From NCBI GenBank assembly GCA_964016885.1, contig OZ024740.1:436852001-436916000 (forward strand): a stretch of 64,000 bases of DNA. The letters are read 5' to 3'. Under the pieces are notes generated by a model. That model was given only the letters and a program-made list of their open reading frames with translations. It was not told the DNA's origin and made no database searches. The translations under genes and the position numbers were made by a program. Positions 26,451 through 41,200 of this stretch are shown here, piece by piece. Within the stretch, counting starts at the first letter, position 1; each line of letters starts with the position of its first letter. Source of the stretch: Eledone cirrhosa. Lineage: Eukaryota.

Positions 26451-29400
26451 TGTGATAACCCCTCACTGTTCTCTACATGTCAAGCTATTTCTGTAATAAC
26501 CCCTCACTGTTCACTACATGTCAAGCTATTTCTGTAATAACCACTCACTGTTCACTATATGTCAAGCTATTTATATGATAACCCCTCACTGTTCTCTACA
26601 TGTCAAGCTATTTCTGTAATAACCCCTCACTGTTCACTACAGGTCAAGCTATTTCTGTGATAAACCCTCACTGTTCACTACATGTCAAGCTATTTCTGTG
26701 ATAATCCCTCACTGTTCACTACATGTCAAGCTATTTCTGTGATAACCCCTAACTGTTCACTACATGTCAACTATTTATGTGATAATCCCTCACTGTTCAC
26801 TATATGTCAAGCTATTTCTGTGATAACCCCTCACTTTTCACTACATGTCAAGCTATTTCTGTGATAACCCCTCACTGTTCAGTACATATCAAGCTATTTC
26901 TTTGATAACCCCTCACTTTTCACTACATGTCAAGCTATTTCTGTGATAACGCCTCATTGTTCACTACATGTCAAGCTATTTCTGTGATAAACCGTCACTG
27001 TTCACTACATGTCAAGCTATTTCTGTGATAACCCCTCACTGTTCACTACATGTCATGCTATTTCTGTGATAACCTCTCACTGTTCACTAGATGTCAAGCT
27101 ATTTCTGTGATAACCCTTCACTGTTCACTATATGTCAAGCTATTTCTGTGATAACCCCTCAATGTTCACTACATGTCAAACTATTTCTGTGATAACCCAT
27201 CACTGTTCTCTACATGTCAATATATTTATGTGATTACCCCTCACTGTTCACTATATGTCAAGCTATTTCTGTGATAACCCCTCACTCTTCACTACATGTC
27301 AATATATTTATGTGATAACCCCTCACTGTTCACTACATGTCAAGCTATTTCTGTGATAACCCCTCACTCTTCACTACATGTCAAGCTAATTCTGTGATAA
27401 CCCCTCACTGTTCACTACATGTCAAGCTCTTTCTGTGATAACTTCTCACTGTTTACTACATGTCAAGCTATTTCTGTGATAACCTCTCACTGTTCACTAC
27501 ATGTCAAGCTATTTCTGTGATAACCCCTCACTGTTCACTACATGTCAAGCAATTTCTGTGATAACCCCTCATTGTTCACTACATGTCAAGCTATTTCTGT
27601 AATTACGCCTCACTGTTCACTACATGTCAAGCTATTTCTGTGATAACCCCTCACTGTTCACTACATGTCAAGCTATTTCTGTGATAACCCCTCATTGTTC
27701 ACTACATGTCAAGCTATTTCTGTAATTACGCCTCACTGTTCACTACATGTCAAGCTATTTCTGTGATAACCCCTCACTGTTCTCTACATGTCAAGCTATT
27801 TCTGTAATAACCCCTCACTGTTCACTACATGTCAAGCTATTTCTGTAATAACCACTCACTGTTCACTATATGTCAAGCTATTTATATGATAACCCCTCAC
27901 TGTTCTCTACATGTCAAGCTATTTCTGTAATAACCCCTCACTGTTCACTACAGGTCAAGCTATTTCTGTGATAAACCCTCACTGTTCACTACATGTCAAG
28001 CTATTTCTGTGATAATCCCTCACTGTTCACTACATGTCAAGCTATTTCTGTGATAACACCTAACTGTTCACTACATGTCAACTATTTATGTGATAATCCC
28101 TCACTGTTCACTATATGTCAAGCTATTTCTGTGATAACCCCTCACTTTTCACTACATGTCAAGCTATTTCTGTGATAACCCCTCACTGTTCAGTACATAT
28201 CAAGCTATTTCTTTGATAACCCCTCACTTTTCACTACATGTCAAGCTATTTCTGTGATAACGCCTCATTGTTCACTACATGTCAAGCTATTTCTGTGATA
28301 AACCGTCACTGTTCACTACATGTCAAGCTATTTCTGTGATAACCCCTCACTGTTCACTACATGTCACGCTATTTCTGTGATAACCTCTCACTGTTCACTA
28401 GATGTCAAGCTATTTCTGTGATAACCCTTCACTGTTCACTATATGTCAAGCTATTTCTGTGATAACCCCTCAATGTTCACTACATGTCAAACTATTTCTG
28501 TGATAACCCATCACTGTTCACTACATGTCAAGCTATTTCCGGTGATTACCCCTCACTGTTCACTATATGTCAAGCTATTTCTGTGATTACCCCTCACTGT
28601 TCACTACATGTCAATCTATTTCTGTGATAATCCCTCACTGTTCACTACATGTCAAGCTATTTCTGTGAAAACCCCTCACTGTTCTCTACATGTCAAGCTA
28701 TTTCTGTGATAACCCCTCACTGTTCACTACATGTCAAGCAATTTCTGTGATAACCCCTCACTGTTCACTACATCTCAAGCTATTTCTTTGATAATCCCTC
28801 ACTGTTCACTACATGTCAAGCTATTTCCGGTGATTGCCCCTCACTGTTCACTATATGTCAAGCTATTTCTGTGATAACCCCTCACTGTTCACTACATGTC
28901 AAGCTATTTCTGTGATAACCCCTCACTGTTCAGTACATATCAAGCTATTTCTGTGATAACCCCTCACTGTTCACTACATGTCAAGCTATTTCTGTGATAA
29001 CGCCTCACTGTTCACTATATGTCAAGCTATTTCTGTGATAACCCCTCATTGTTCACTACATGTCAAGCTATTTCTGTGATAACCTTTCACTGTTCTCTAC
29101 ATGTCAAGCTATTTGTGTGATAACCTCTCACTGTTCACTACATGTCAAGCTATTTCTGTGATAACCCCTCACTGTTCACTACATGTCAAGCTATTTCTGT
29201 GATAACCCCTCATTGTTCACTACATGTCAAGCTATTTCTGTAATTACGCCTCACTGTTCACTATATGTCAAGCTATTTCTGTGATAACCCCTCACTGTTC
29301 TCTACATGTCAAGCTATTTCTGTAATAACCCCTCACTGTTCACTACATGTCAAGCTATTTCTGTAATAACCACTCACTGTTCACTATATGTCAAGCTATT

Positions 29401-32030
29401 TATATGATAACCCCTCACTGTTCTCTACATGTCAAGCTATTTCTGTAATAACCCCTCACTGTTCACTACATGTCAAGCTATTTCTGTGATAATCCCTCAC
29501 TGTTCACTACATGTCAAGCTATTTCTGTGATAACCCCTCACTGTTCACTACATGTCAACTATTTATGTGATAATCCCTCACTGTTCACTATATGTCAAGC
29601 TATTTCTGTGATAACCCCTCACTTTTCACTACATGTCAAGCTATTTCTGTGATAACCCCTCACTGTTCAGTACATATCAAGCTATTTCTTTGATAACCCC
29701 TCACTTTTCACTACATGTCAAGCTATTTCTGTGATAACGCCTCATTGTTCACTACATGTCAAGCTATTTCTGTGATAAACCGTCACTGTTCACTACATGT
29801 CAAGCTATTTCTGTGATAACCCCTCACTGTTCACTACATGTCACGCTATTTCTGTGATAACCTCTCACTGTTCACTAGATGTCAAGCTATTTCTGTGATA
29901 ACCCTTCACTGTTCACTATATGTCAAGCTATTTCTGTGATAACCCCTCAATGTTCACTACATGTCAAACTATTTCTGTGATAACCCATCACTGTTCACTA
30001 CATGTCAAGCTATTTCCGGTGATTACCCCTCACTGTTCACTATATGTCAAGCTATTTCTGTGATTACCCCTCACTGTTCACTACATGTCAATCTATTTCT
30101 GTGATAATCCCTCACTGTTCACTACATGTCAAGCTATTTCTGTGAAAACCCCTCACTGTTCTCTACATGTCAAGCTATTTCTGTAATAACCCCTCACTGT
30201 TCACTACATGTCAAGCTATTTCTGTAATAACCACTCACTGTTCACTATATGTCAAGCTATTCATGTGATAACCCCTCACTGTTCTCTACATGTCAAGCTA
30301 TTTCTGTAATAACCCCTCACTGTTCACTACATGTCAAGCAATTTCTGTGTTAACCCCTCACTGTTCACTACATCTCAAGCTATTTCTTTGATAATCCCTC
30401 ACTGTTCACTACATGTCAAGCTATTTCCGGTGATTGCCCCTCACTGTTCACTATATGTCAAGCTATTTCTGTGATAACCCCTCACTGTTCACTACATGTC
30501 AAGCTATTTCTGTGATAACCCCTCACTGTTCAGTACATATCAAGCTATTTCTGTGATAACCCCTCACTGTTCACTACATGTCAAGCTATTTCTGTGATAA
30601 CGCCTTACTGTTCAGTACATATCAAGCTATTTCTGTGATAAGCCGTCACTGTTCACTACATGTCAAGCTATTTCTGTGATAACTTCTCACTGTTCACTAC
30701 ATGTCAAGCTATTTCTGTGATAACCTCTCACTGTTCACTACATGTCAAGCTATTTCTGTGATAACCCCTCACTGTTCACTACATGTCAAGCTATTTCTGT
30801 GATAACCCATCACTGTTCACTACATGTAAAGCTATTTCTGTAATAACCTCTCACTGTTCACTACATGTCAAGCTATTTGTGTGATAACCTCTCACTGTTC
30901 ACTACATGTCTAGCTATTTCTGTGATAACCCCTCACTGTTCACTACATGTCAAGCTATTTCTGTGATTACCCCTCACTGTTCACTACATGTCAATCTATT
31001 TCTGTGATAATCCCTCACTGTTCACTACATGTCAAGCTATTTCTGTGAAAACCCCTCACTGTTCTCTACATGTCAAGCTATTTCTGTAATAACCCCTCAC
31101 TGTTCACTACATGTCAAGCTATTTCTGTAATAATCCCTCACAGTTCACTACATGTCAATCTATTTCTGTGAAAACCCCTCACTGTTCACTACATGTCAAG
31201 CTATTTCTGTGATAACCTCTCACTCTTCACTACATGTCAAGCTATTTGTGGGATAACCTCTCACTGTTCACTACATGTCAAGCTATTTCTGTGATAACCC
31301 GTGACTGTTCACTACATGTCAAGCTATTTGGGTGATAATCCCTCACTGTTCATTACATATCAAGCTATTTCTGTGATAACCCCTCAATGTTCACTACATG
31401 TCAAGCTATTTCTGTGATAACGCCTCACTGTTCACTACATGTCAAGCTATTTCTGTGATAACCCCTCATTGTTCACTACATGTCAAGCTATTTCTGTGAT
31501 AACCTTTCACTGTTCTCTACATGTCAAGCTATTTGTGTGATAACCTCTCACTGTTCACTACATGTCAAGCTATTTCTGTGATAACCCCTCACTGTTCACT
31601 ACATGTCAAGCTATTTCTGTGATAACCCCTCATTGTTCACTACATGTCAAGCTATTTCTGTAATTACGCCTCACTGTTCACTACATGTCAAGCTATTTCT
31701 GTGATAACCCCTCACTGTTCTCTACATGTCAAGCTATTTCTGTAATAACCCCTCACTGTTCACTACATGTCAAGCTATTTCTGTAATAACCACTCACTGT
31801 TCACTATATGTCAAGCTATTTATATGATAACCCCTCACTGTTCTCTACATGTCAAGCTATTTCTGTAATAACCCCTCACTGTTCACTACAGGTCAAGCTA
31901 TTTCTGTGATAAACCCTCACTGTTCACTACATGTCAAGCTATTTCTGTGATAATCCCTCACTGTTCACTACATGTCAAGCTATTTCTGTGATAACCCCTA
32001 ACTGTTCACTACATGTCAACTATTTATGTG
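20950..32030. repeat. Overlapping tandem duplication, offset 5495 bp then 5249 bp
   Basis: ORF offsets: 21187/26682 = 5495; 22744/27993, 24221/29470 and 26682/31931 = 5249. The 246-bp difference is 6 monomers, lost near ~27560-27650. Confidence 0.82.
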
Positions 32031-35000
32031 ATAACCCCTCACTGTTCACTATATATCAAGCTATTTCTTTGATAACCCCTCACTTTTCACTACATGTCAA
32101 GCTATTTCTGTGATAACGCCTCATTGTTCACTACATGTCAAGCTATTTCTGTGATAAACCGTCACTGTTCACTACATGTCAAGCTATTTCTGTGATAACC
32201 CCTCACTGTTCACTACATGTCACGCTATTTCTGTGATAACCTCTCACTGTTCACTAGATGTCAAGCTATTTCTGTGATAACCCTTCACTGTTCACTATAT
32301 GTCAAGCTATTTCTGTGATAACCCCTCAATGTTCACTACATGACAAACTATTTCTGTGATAACCCATCACTGTTCACTACATGTCAAGCTATTTCCGGTG
32401 ATTACCCCTCACTGTTCACTATATGTCAAGCTATTTCTGTGATTACCCCTCACGGTTCACTACATGTCAATCTATTTCTGTGATAATCCCTCACTGTTCA
32501 CTACATGTCAAGCTATTTCTGTGAAAACCCCTCACTGTTCTCTACATGTCAAGCTATTTCTGTAATAACCCCTCACTGTTCACTACATGTCAAGCTATTT
32601 CTGTAATAACCACTCACTGTTCACTATATGTCAAGCTATTCATGTGATAACCCCTCACTGTTCTCTACATGTCAAGCTATTTCTGTAATAGCCCCTCACT
32701 GTTCACTACATCTCAAGCAATTTCTGTGATAACCCCTCACTGTTCACTACATCTCAAGCTATTTCTTTGATAATCCCTCACTGTTCACTACATGTCAAGC
32801 TATTTCCGGTGATTGCCCCTCACTGTTCACTATATGTCAATCTATTTCTGTGATAACCCCTCACTGTTCACTACATGTCAAGCTATTTCTGTGATAACCT
32901 CTCACTGTTCACTACATGTCAAGCTATTTCTGTGATAACCCCTCACTGTTCACTACATGTCAAGCTATTTCTGTGATAACCCATCACTGTTCACTACATG
33001 TAAAGCTATTTCTGTAATAACCTCTCACTGTTCACTACATGTCAAGCTATTTGTGTGATAACCTCTCACTGTTCACTACATGTCTAGCTATTTCTGTGAT
33101 AACCCCTCACTGTTCACTACATGTCAAGCTATTTCTGTGATTACCCCTCACTGTTCACTACATGTCAATCTATTTCTGTGATAATCCCTCACTGTTCACT
33201 ACATGTCAAGCTATTTCTGTGAAAACCCCTCACTGTTCTCTACATGTCAAGCTATTTCTGTAATAACCCCTCACTGTTCACTACATGTCAAGCTATTTCT
33301 GTAATAATCCCTCACAGTTCACTACATGTCAATCTATTTCTGTGAAAACCCCTCACTGTTCACTACATGTCAAGCTATTTCTGTGATAACCTCTCACTCT
33401 TCACTACATGTCAAGCTATTTGTGGGATAACCTCTCACTGTTCACTACATGTCAAGCTATTTCTGTGATAACCCGTGACTGTTCACTACATGTCAAGCTA
33501 TTTGGGTGATAATCCCTCACTGTTCATTACATATCAAGCTATTTCTGTGATAACCCCTCAATGTTCACTACATGTCAAGCTATTTCTGTGATAACGCCTC
33601 ACTGTTCACTACATGTCAAGCTATTTCTGTGATAACCCCTCATTGTTCACTACATGTCAAGCTATTTCTGTGATAACCTTTCACTGTTCTCTACATGTCA
33701 AGCTATTTGTGTGATAACCTCTCACTGTTCACTACATGTCAAGCTATTTCTGTGATAACCCCTCACTGTTCACTACATGTCAAGCTATTTCTGTGATAAC
33801 CCCTCATTGTTCACTACATGTCAAGCTATTTCTGTAATTACGCCTCACTGTTCACTACATGTCAAGCTATTTCTGTGATAACCCCTCACTGTTCTCTACA
33901 TGTCAAGCTATTTCTGTAATAACCCCTCACTGTTCACTACATGTCAAGCTATTTCTGTAATAACCACTCACTGTTCACTATATGTCAAGCTATTTATATG
34001 ATAACCCCTCACTGTTCTCTACATGTCAAGCTATTTCTGTAATAACCCCTCACTGTTCACTACAGGTCAAGCTATTTCTGTGATAAACCCTCACTGTTCA
34101 CTACATGTCAAGCTATTTCTGTGATAATCCCTCACTGTTCACTACATGTCAAGCTATTTCTGTGATAACCCCTAACTGTTCACTACATGTCAACTATTTA
34201 TGTGATAACCCCTCACTGTTCACTATATATCAAGCTATTTCTTTGATAACCCCTCACTTTTCACTACATGTCAAGCTATTTCTGTGATAACGCCTCATTG
34301 TTCACTACATGTCAAGCTATTTCTGTGATAAACCGTCACTGTTCACTACATGTCAAGCTATTTCTGTGATAACCCCTCACTGTTCACTACATGTCACGCT
34401 ATTTCTGTGATAACCTCTCACTGTTCACTAGATGTCAAGCTATTTCTGTGATAACCCTTCACTGTTCACTATATGTCAAGCTATTTCTGTGATAACCCCT
34501 CAATGTTCACTACATGACAAACTATTTCTGTGATAACCCATCACTGTTCACTACATGTCAAGCTATTTCCGGTGATTACCCCTCACTGTTCACTATATGT
34601 CAAGCTATTTCTGTGATTACCCCTCACGGTTCACTACATGTCAATCTATTTCTGTGATAATCCCTCACTGTTCACTACATGTCAAGCTATTTCTGTGAAA
34701 ACCCCTCACTGTTCTCTACATGTCAAGCTATTTCTGTAATAACCCCTCACTGTTCACTACATGTCAAGCTATTTCTGTAATAACCACTCACTGTTCACTA
34801 TATGTCAAGCTATTCATGTGATAACCCCTCACTGTTCTCTACATGTCAAGCTATTTCTGTAATAGCCCCTCACTGTTCACTACATCTCAAGCAATTTCTG
34901 TGATAACCCCTCACTGTTCACTACATCTCAAGCTATTTCTTTGATAATCCCTCACTGTTCACTACATGTCAAGCTATTTCCGGTGATTGCCCCTCACTGT

Positions 35001-35230
35001 TCACTATATGTCAATCTATTTCTGTGATAACCCCTCACTGTTCACTACATGTCAAGCTATTTCTGTGATAACCTCTCACTGTTCACTACATGTCAAGCTA
35101 TTTCTGTGATAACCCCTCACTGTTCACTACATGTCAAGCTATTTCTGTGATAACCCATCAATGTTCACTACATGTAAAGCTATTTCTGTAATAACCTCTC
35201 ACTGTTCACTACATGTCAAGCTATTTGTGT
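31000..35230. repeat. Tandem duplication of a 2174-bp (53-monomer) domain-A unit
   Basis: ORFs 31931 and 34105 share the private IYQAISLI variant. CATGACAAAC (~32340/~34514) and CACGGTTC (~32451/~34625) recur at the same offset. Confidence 0.85.
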
Positions 35231-38200
35231 GATAACCTCTCACTGTTCACTACATGTCAAGCTATTTCCGGTGATTGCCCCTCACTGTTCACTATATGTC
35301 AAGCTATTTCTGTGATAACCCCTCACTTTTCACTACATGTCAAGCTATTTCTGTGATAACGCCTCACTGTTCACTACATGTCAAGCTATTTCTGTGATAA
35401 GCCCTCACTGTTCACCACATGTCAAGCTATTTCTGTGATAACCCCTCACTGTTCACCACATGTCAAGCTATTTCTGTGATAACCCCTCACTGTTCACTAC
35501 ATGTCAAGCTATTTCTGTGATAACCTCTCACTGTTCACTACATGTCAAGCTCTTTCTGTGATGAGCCCTCACTGTTCACTACATGTCAAGCTATTTCTGT
35601 GATTACCCCTCACTGTTCACTACATGTCAAGCTATTTCCGGTGATTATCCCTCACTGTTCACTATATGTCAAGCTATTTCTGTCATTACCCCTCACTGTT
35701 CACTACATGTCACGCTATTTCTGTGATAACCTGTCACTGTTCAATACATGTCAAGCTATATCTGTGATAACCTCTCACTGTTCACTACATGTCAAGCTAT
35801 TTCTGTGATAACCCCTCACTGTTCACTACATGTCACGCTGTTTCTGTGATAACCTGTCACTGTTCACTACATGTCAAGCTATTTCTGTGATAAACTCTCA
35901 CTGTTCACTACATGTCAAGCTATTTCTGTGCTAATCCCTCACTGTTCACTACATGTCAAGCTATTTCTGTGATAACCCCTCACTGTTCACTACATGTCAA
36001 ACTATTTCTGTGATGATCCCTCAATGTTCATTACATGTCAAGCAATTCCAGTGATAACCTCTCACTGTTCACTACATGTCAAGCTATTTCTGTGATAAAC
36101 TGTCACTGTTCACTACATGTCAAGCTATTTCTGTGATAACCTCTCACTGTTCACTAAACGTCAAGCTATTTCTGTGATAACCATTCACTTTTCACTACAT
36201 GTCAAGCTATTTCTGTGATAACCCCTCACTGTTCACTACATGTCAAGCTATTTCTGTGATAATCCCTCTCTGTTCACTACATATCAAGCAATTCCAGTGA
36301 TAACCTCTCACTGTTCACTACATGTCAAGCTATTTCTGTGATAACCCCTCACTGTTCACTACATGTCAAGCTCTTTCTGTGATAACCCCTCACTGTTCAC
36401 TACATGCAAGCTATTTCTGTGATAACCCTTCACTGTTCACTACTTGTCAAGCTATTTGTGTGATAACCTCTCACTGTTCACTATATGTCAAGCTATTTCT
36501 GTGATAACCCCTCACTGTTCACTACATGTCAAGCTATTTCTGTGATAACCCCTCATTGTTCACTACATATCAAGCTATTTCTGTAATTACCCCTCACTGT
36601 TCACTACATGTCACGCTCTTTCTGTGATAACCTGTCACTGTTCACTACATGTCAAGCTATTTCTGTGATAACCTCTCACTGTTCACTACATGTCAAGCTA
36701 TTTCTGTGATAACCCCTCACTGTTCACTACATGTCAAGCTATTTATGTGCTAATCCCTCACTGTTCACTACATGTCAAGCTATTTCTGTGATAATCCCTC
36801 ACTGTTCACTACATGTCAAGCTATTTCAGTGATAACGCCTCACTGTTCACTCCATGTCAAGCTATTTCCGGTGATTACCCCTCACTGTTCACTATATGTC
36901 AAGCTATTTCTGTGATAACCCCTCACTGTTCTCTACATGTCAATATATTTATGTGATAACCCCTCACTGTTCACTACATGTCAAGCTATTTCTGTGATAA
37001 CCCCTCACTCTTCACTACATGTCAAGCTAATTCTGTGATAACCCCTCACTGTTCACTACATGTCAACCTCTTTCTGTGATAACTTCTCACTGTTTACTAC
37101 ATGTCAAGCTATTTCTGTGATAACCTCTCACTGTTCACTACATGTCAAGCTATTTCTGTGATAACCCCTCACTGTTCACTACATGTCAAGCAATTTCTGT
37201 GATAACCCCTCACTGTTCACTAGATGTCAAGCTAATTCTGTGATAACCCCTCACTGTTCACTACATGTCAAGCTATTACTGTGATAACCTTTCACTGTTC
37301 ACTACATGTCAAGGTATTTCTGTGATAACCTCTCACTGTTCACTACACGTCAAGCTATTTCTGTGATAAGCCCTCACTGTTCACTACATGTCTAGCTATT
37401 TCTGTGATAACCCCTCATTGTTAAATACATGTGAAGAAATTTCTGTGATTACCCCTCAATGTTCACTACATGTCAAGCTATTTCCGGTGATTACGCCTCA
37501 CTGTTCACTATATGTCAAGCTATTTCTGTGATAATCCCGCACTGTTCACTCCATGTCAAGCTATTTCCGGTGATTACCCCTCACTGTTCACTATATGTCA
37601 AGCTATTTCTGTGATAACCCCTCACTGTTCTCTACATGTCAATATATTTATGTGATAACCCCTCACTGTTCACTACATGTCAAGCTATTTCTGTGATAAC
37701 CCCTCACTCTTCACTACATGTCAAGCTAATTCTGTGATAACCCCTCACTGTTCACTACATGTCAAGCTCTTTCTGTGATAACTTCTCACTGTTTACTACA
37801 TGTCAAGATATTTCTGTGATAACCTCTCACTGTTCACTACATGTCAAGCTATTTCTGTGATAACCCCTCACTGTTCACTACATGTCAAGCTATTTCTGTG
37901 ATAACCCCTCACTGTTCACTAGATGTCAAGCTAATTCTGTGATAACCCCTCACTGTTCACTACATGTCAATCTATTACTGTGATAACCTTTCACTGTTCA
38001 CTACATGTCAAGGTATTTCTGTGATAACCTCTCACTGTTCAATACACGTCAAGCTATTTCTGTGATAAGCCCTCACTGTTCACTACATGTCTAGCTATTT
38101 CTGTGATAACCCCTCATTGTTCACTACATGTGAAGCAATTTCTGTGATTACCCCTCAATGTTCACTACATGTCAAGCTATTTCCGGTGATTACGCCTCAC

Positions 38201-41200
38201 TGTTCACTATATGTCAAGCTATTTCTGTGATAACCTCTCACTGTTCACTATATGTCAAGCTGTTTCTGTGATAACCCCTCACTGTTCACTACATGTCAAA
38301 CTATTTCTGTGATAATCCCTCAATGTTCATTACATGTCAAGCAATTGCTGTGATAACCTCTCACTGTTCACTACATGTCAAGCTATTTCTGTGATAACCT
38401 CTCACTGTTCACTATATGTCAAGCTATTTCTGTGATAATCCCTCACTGTTCACTACATGTCAAGCTATTTCTGTGATAACTACTCACTGTTCACTACATG
38501 TCAAGCTATTTCCGTGATAACCCGTCACTGTTCACTACATTTCGAGCTATTTGTGTTATAACCTCTCACTGTTCACTACATGTCAATCTATTTCTGTGAT
38601 AACCTCTCACTGTTCACTATATGTCAAGCTATTTCTGTGATAACCCGTCACTGTTCACTACATTTCGAGCTTTTTGTGGTATAACCTCTCACTGTTCACT
38701 ACATGTCAATCTATTTCTGTGATAAGCCCTCACTGTTCACCACATGTCAAGCTATTTCTGTGATAACCCCTCACTGTTCACCACATGTCAAGCTATTTCT
38801 GTGATAACCCCTCACTGTTCACTACATGTCAAACTATTTCTGTGATGATCCCTCAATGTTCATTACATGTCAAGCAATTCCAGTGATAACCTCTCACTGT
38901 TCACTACATGTCAAGCTATTTCTGTGATAACCTGTCACTGTTCACTACATGTCAAGCTATTTCTGTGATAACCTCTCACTGTTCACTAAATGTCAAGCTA
39001 TTTTTGTGATAACCACTCACTTTTCACTGCATGTCAAGCTATTTCTGTGATAACCCCTCACTGTTCACTACATGTCAAGCTATTTGTGTGATAACCTCTC
39101 ACTGTTCACTAAACGTCAAGCTATTTCTGTGATAACCACTCACTTTTCACTACATGTCAAGCTATTTCTGTGATAACCCCTCACTGTTCACTACATGTCA
39201 AGCTATTTCTGTGATAATCCCTCTCTGTTCACTACATATCAAGCAATTCCAGTGATAACCTCTCACTGTTCACTACATGTCAAGCTATTTCTGTGATAAC
39301 CCCTCACTGTTCACTACATGTCAAGCTCTTTCTGTGATAACCCCTCACTGTTCACTACATGCAAGCTATTTCTGTGATAACCCTTCACTGTTCACTACTT
39401 GTCAAGCTATTTGTGTGATAACCTCTCACTGTTCACTATATGTCAAGCTATTTCTGTGATAACCCCTCACTGTTCACTACATGTCAAGCTATTTCTGTGA
39501 TAACCCCTCATTGTTCACTACATGTCAAGCTATTTCTGTAATTACCCCTCACTGTTCACTATATGTCAAGCTATTTCTGTGATAACCCCTCACTGTTCTC
39601 TACATGTCAAGCTATTTCTGTAATAACCCCTCACAGTTCACTACATGTCAAGCTATTTCTGTAATTACCCCTCACTGTTCACTACAGGTCAAGCTATTTC
39701 TGTGATAAACCCTCACTGTTCACTACATGTCAAGCTAAATCTGTGATAATCCCTTACTGTTCACTACATGTCAAGCTATTTCTGTGATAACCCCTCACTG
39801 TTCACTAAAAGTCAAGCTATTTCTGTGATAAGCCCTCACTGTTCACTACATGTCAAGCTATTTCTGTGATAACGCCTCACTGTTCACTACATGTCAAGCT
39901 ATTTCTGTGATAAGCCCTCACTGTTCACTACATGTCAAGCTATTTCTGTGATAACCCCTCAAAGTTCACTACATGTCAAGCTATTTCTGTGATAACCTCT
40001 CACTGTTCACTACATGTCAAGCACTTTCTGTGATAAGCCCTCACTGTTCACTACATGTCAAGCTATTTCTGTGATTACCCCTCACTGTTCACTACATGTC
40101 AAGTTATTTCCGGTGATTACCCCTCACTGTTCACTATATGTCAAGCTATTTCTGTCATTACCCCTCACTGTTCACTACATGTCACGCTCTTTCTGTGATA
40201 ACCTGTCACTGTTCACTACATGTCAAGCTATTTCTGTGATAACCTCTCACTGTTCACTACCTGTCAAGCTATTTCTGTGATAACCCCTCACTGTTCACTA
40301 CATGTCAAGCTATTTATGTGCTAATCCCTCACTGTTCACTACATGTCAAGCTATTTCTGTGATAATCCCTCACTGTTCACTACATGTCAAGCTATTTCTG
40401 TGATAACGCCTCACTGTTCACTCCATGTCAAGCTATTTCCGGTGATTACTCCTCACTGTTCACTATATGTCAAGCTATTTCTGTGATAACCCCTCACTGT
40501 TCTCTACATGTCAATATATTTATGTGATAACCCCTCACTGTTCACTACATGTCAAGCTATTTCTGTGATAACCCCTCACTCTTCACTACATGTCAAGCTA
40601 ATTCTGTGATAACCCCTCACTGTTCACTACATGTCAAGCTCTTTCTGTGATAACTTCTCACTGTTTACTACATGTCAAGCTATTTCTGTGATAACCTCTC
40701 ACTGTTCACTACATGTCAAGCTATTTCTGTGATAACCCCTCACTGTTCACTACATGTCAAGCAATTTCTGTGATAACCCCTCACTGTTCACTAGATGTCA
40801 AGCTAATTCTGTGATAACCCCTCACTGTTCACTACATGTCAAGCTATTACTGTGATAACCTTTCACTGTTCACTACATTTCAAGGTATTTCTGTGATAAC
40901 CTCTCACTGTTCACTACACGTCAAGCTATTTCTGTGATAAGCCCTCACTGTTCACTACATGTCTAGCTATTTCTGTGATAACCCCTCATTGTTAAATACA
41001 TGTGAAGCAATTTCTGTGATTACACCTCAATGTTCACTACATGTCAAGCTATTTCCGGTGATTACGCCTCACTGTTCACTATATGTCAAGCTATTTCTGT
41101 GATAATCCCGCACTGTTCACTCCATGTCAAGCTATTTCCGGTGATTACCCCTCACTGTTCACTATATGTCAAGCTATTTCTGTGATAACCCCTCACTGTT

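Larger units (their letters stand above)
1350..35230. repeat. HOR domain A: variable-length higher-order repeat (full periods 53-60 monomers, 2.17-2.46 kb; shorter periods 31-38 monomers), with interspersed B-type blocks
   Basis: An ordered marker series recurs: TTTATATGA, ACAGGTC, GTCAACTATTTATG (40-mer), CAGTACATATC, AAACCGTC, CTAGATG. The marker cassette is at 1992, ~4412, 5683, 7980, 10400, 14298, 15855, 17332, 21187, 22744, 24221, 26682, 27993, 29470, 31931 and 34105. Spacings are 2420, 1271, 2297, 2420, 3898, 1557, 1477, 3855, 1557, 1477, 2461, 1311, 1477, 2461 and 2174. Confidence 0.88.
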
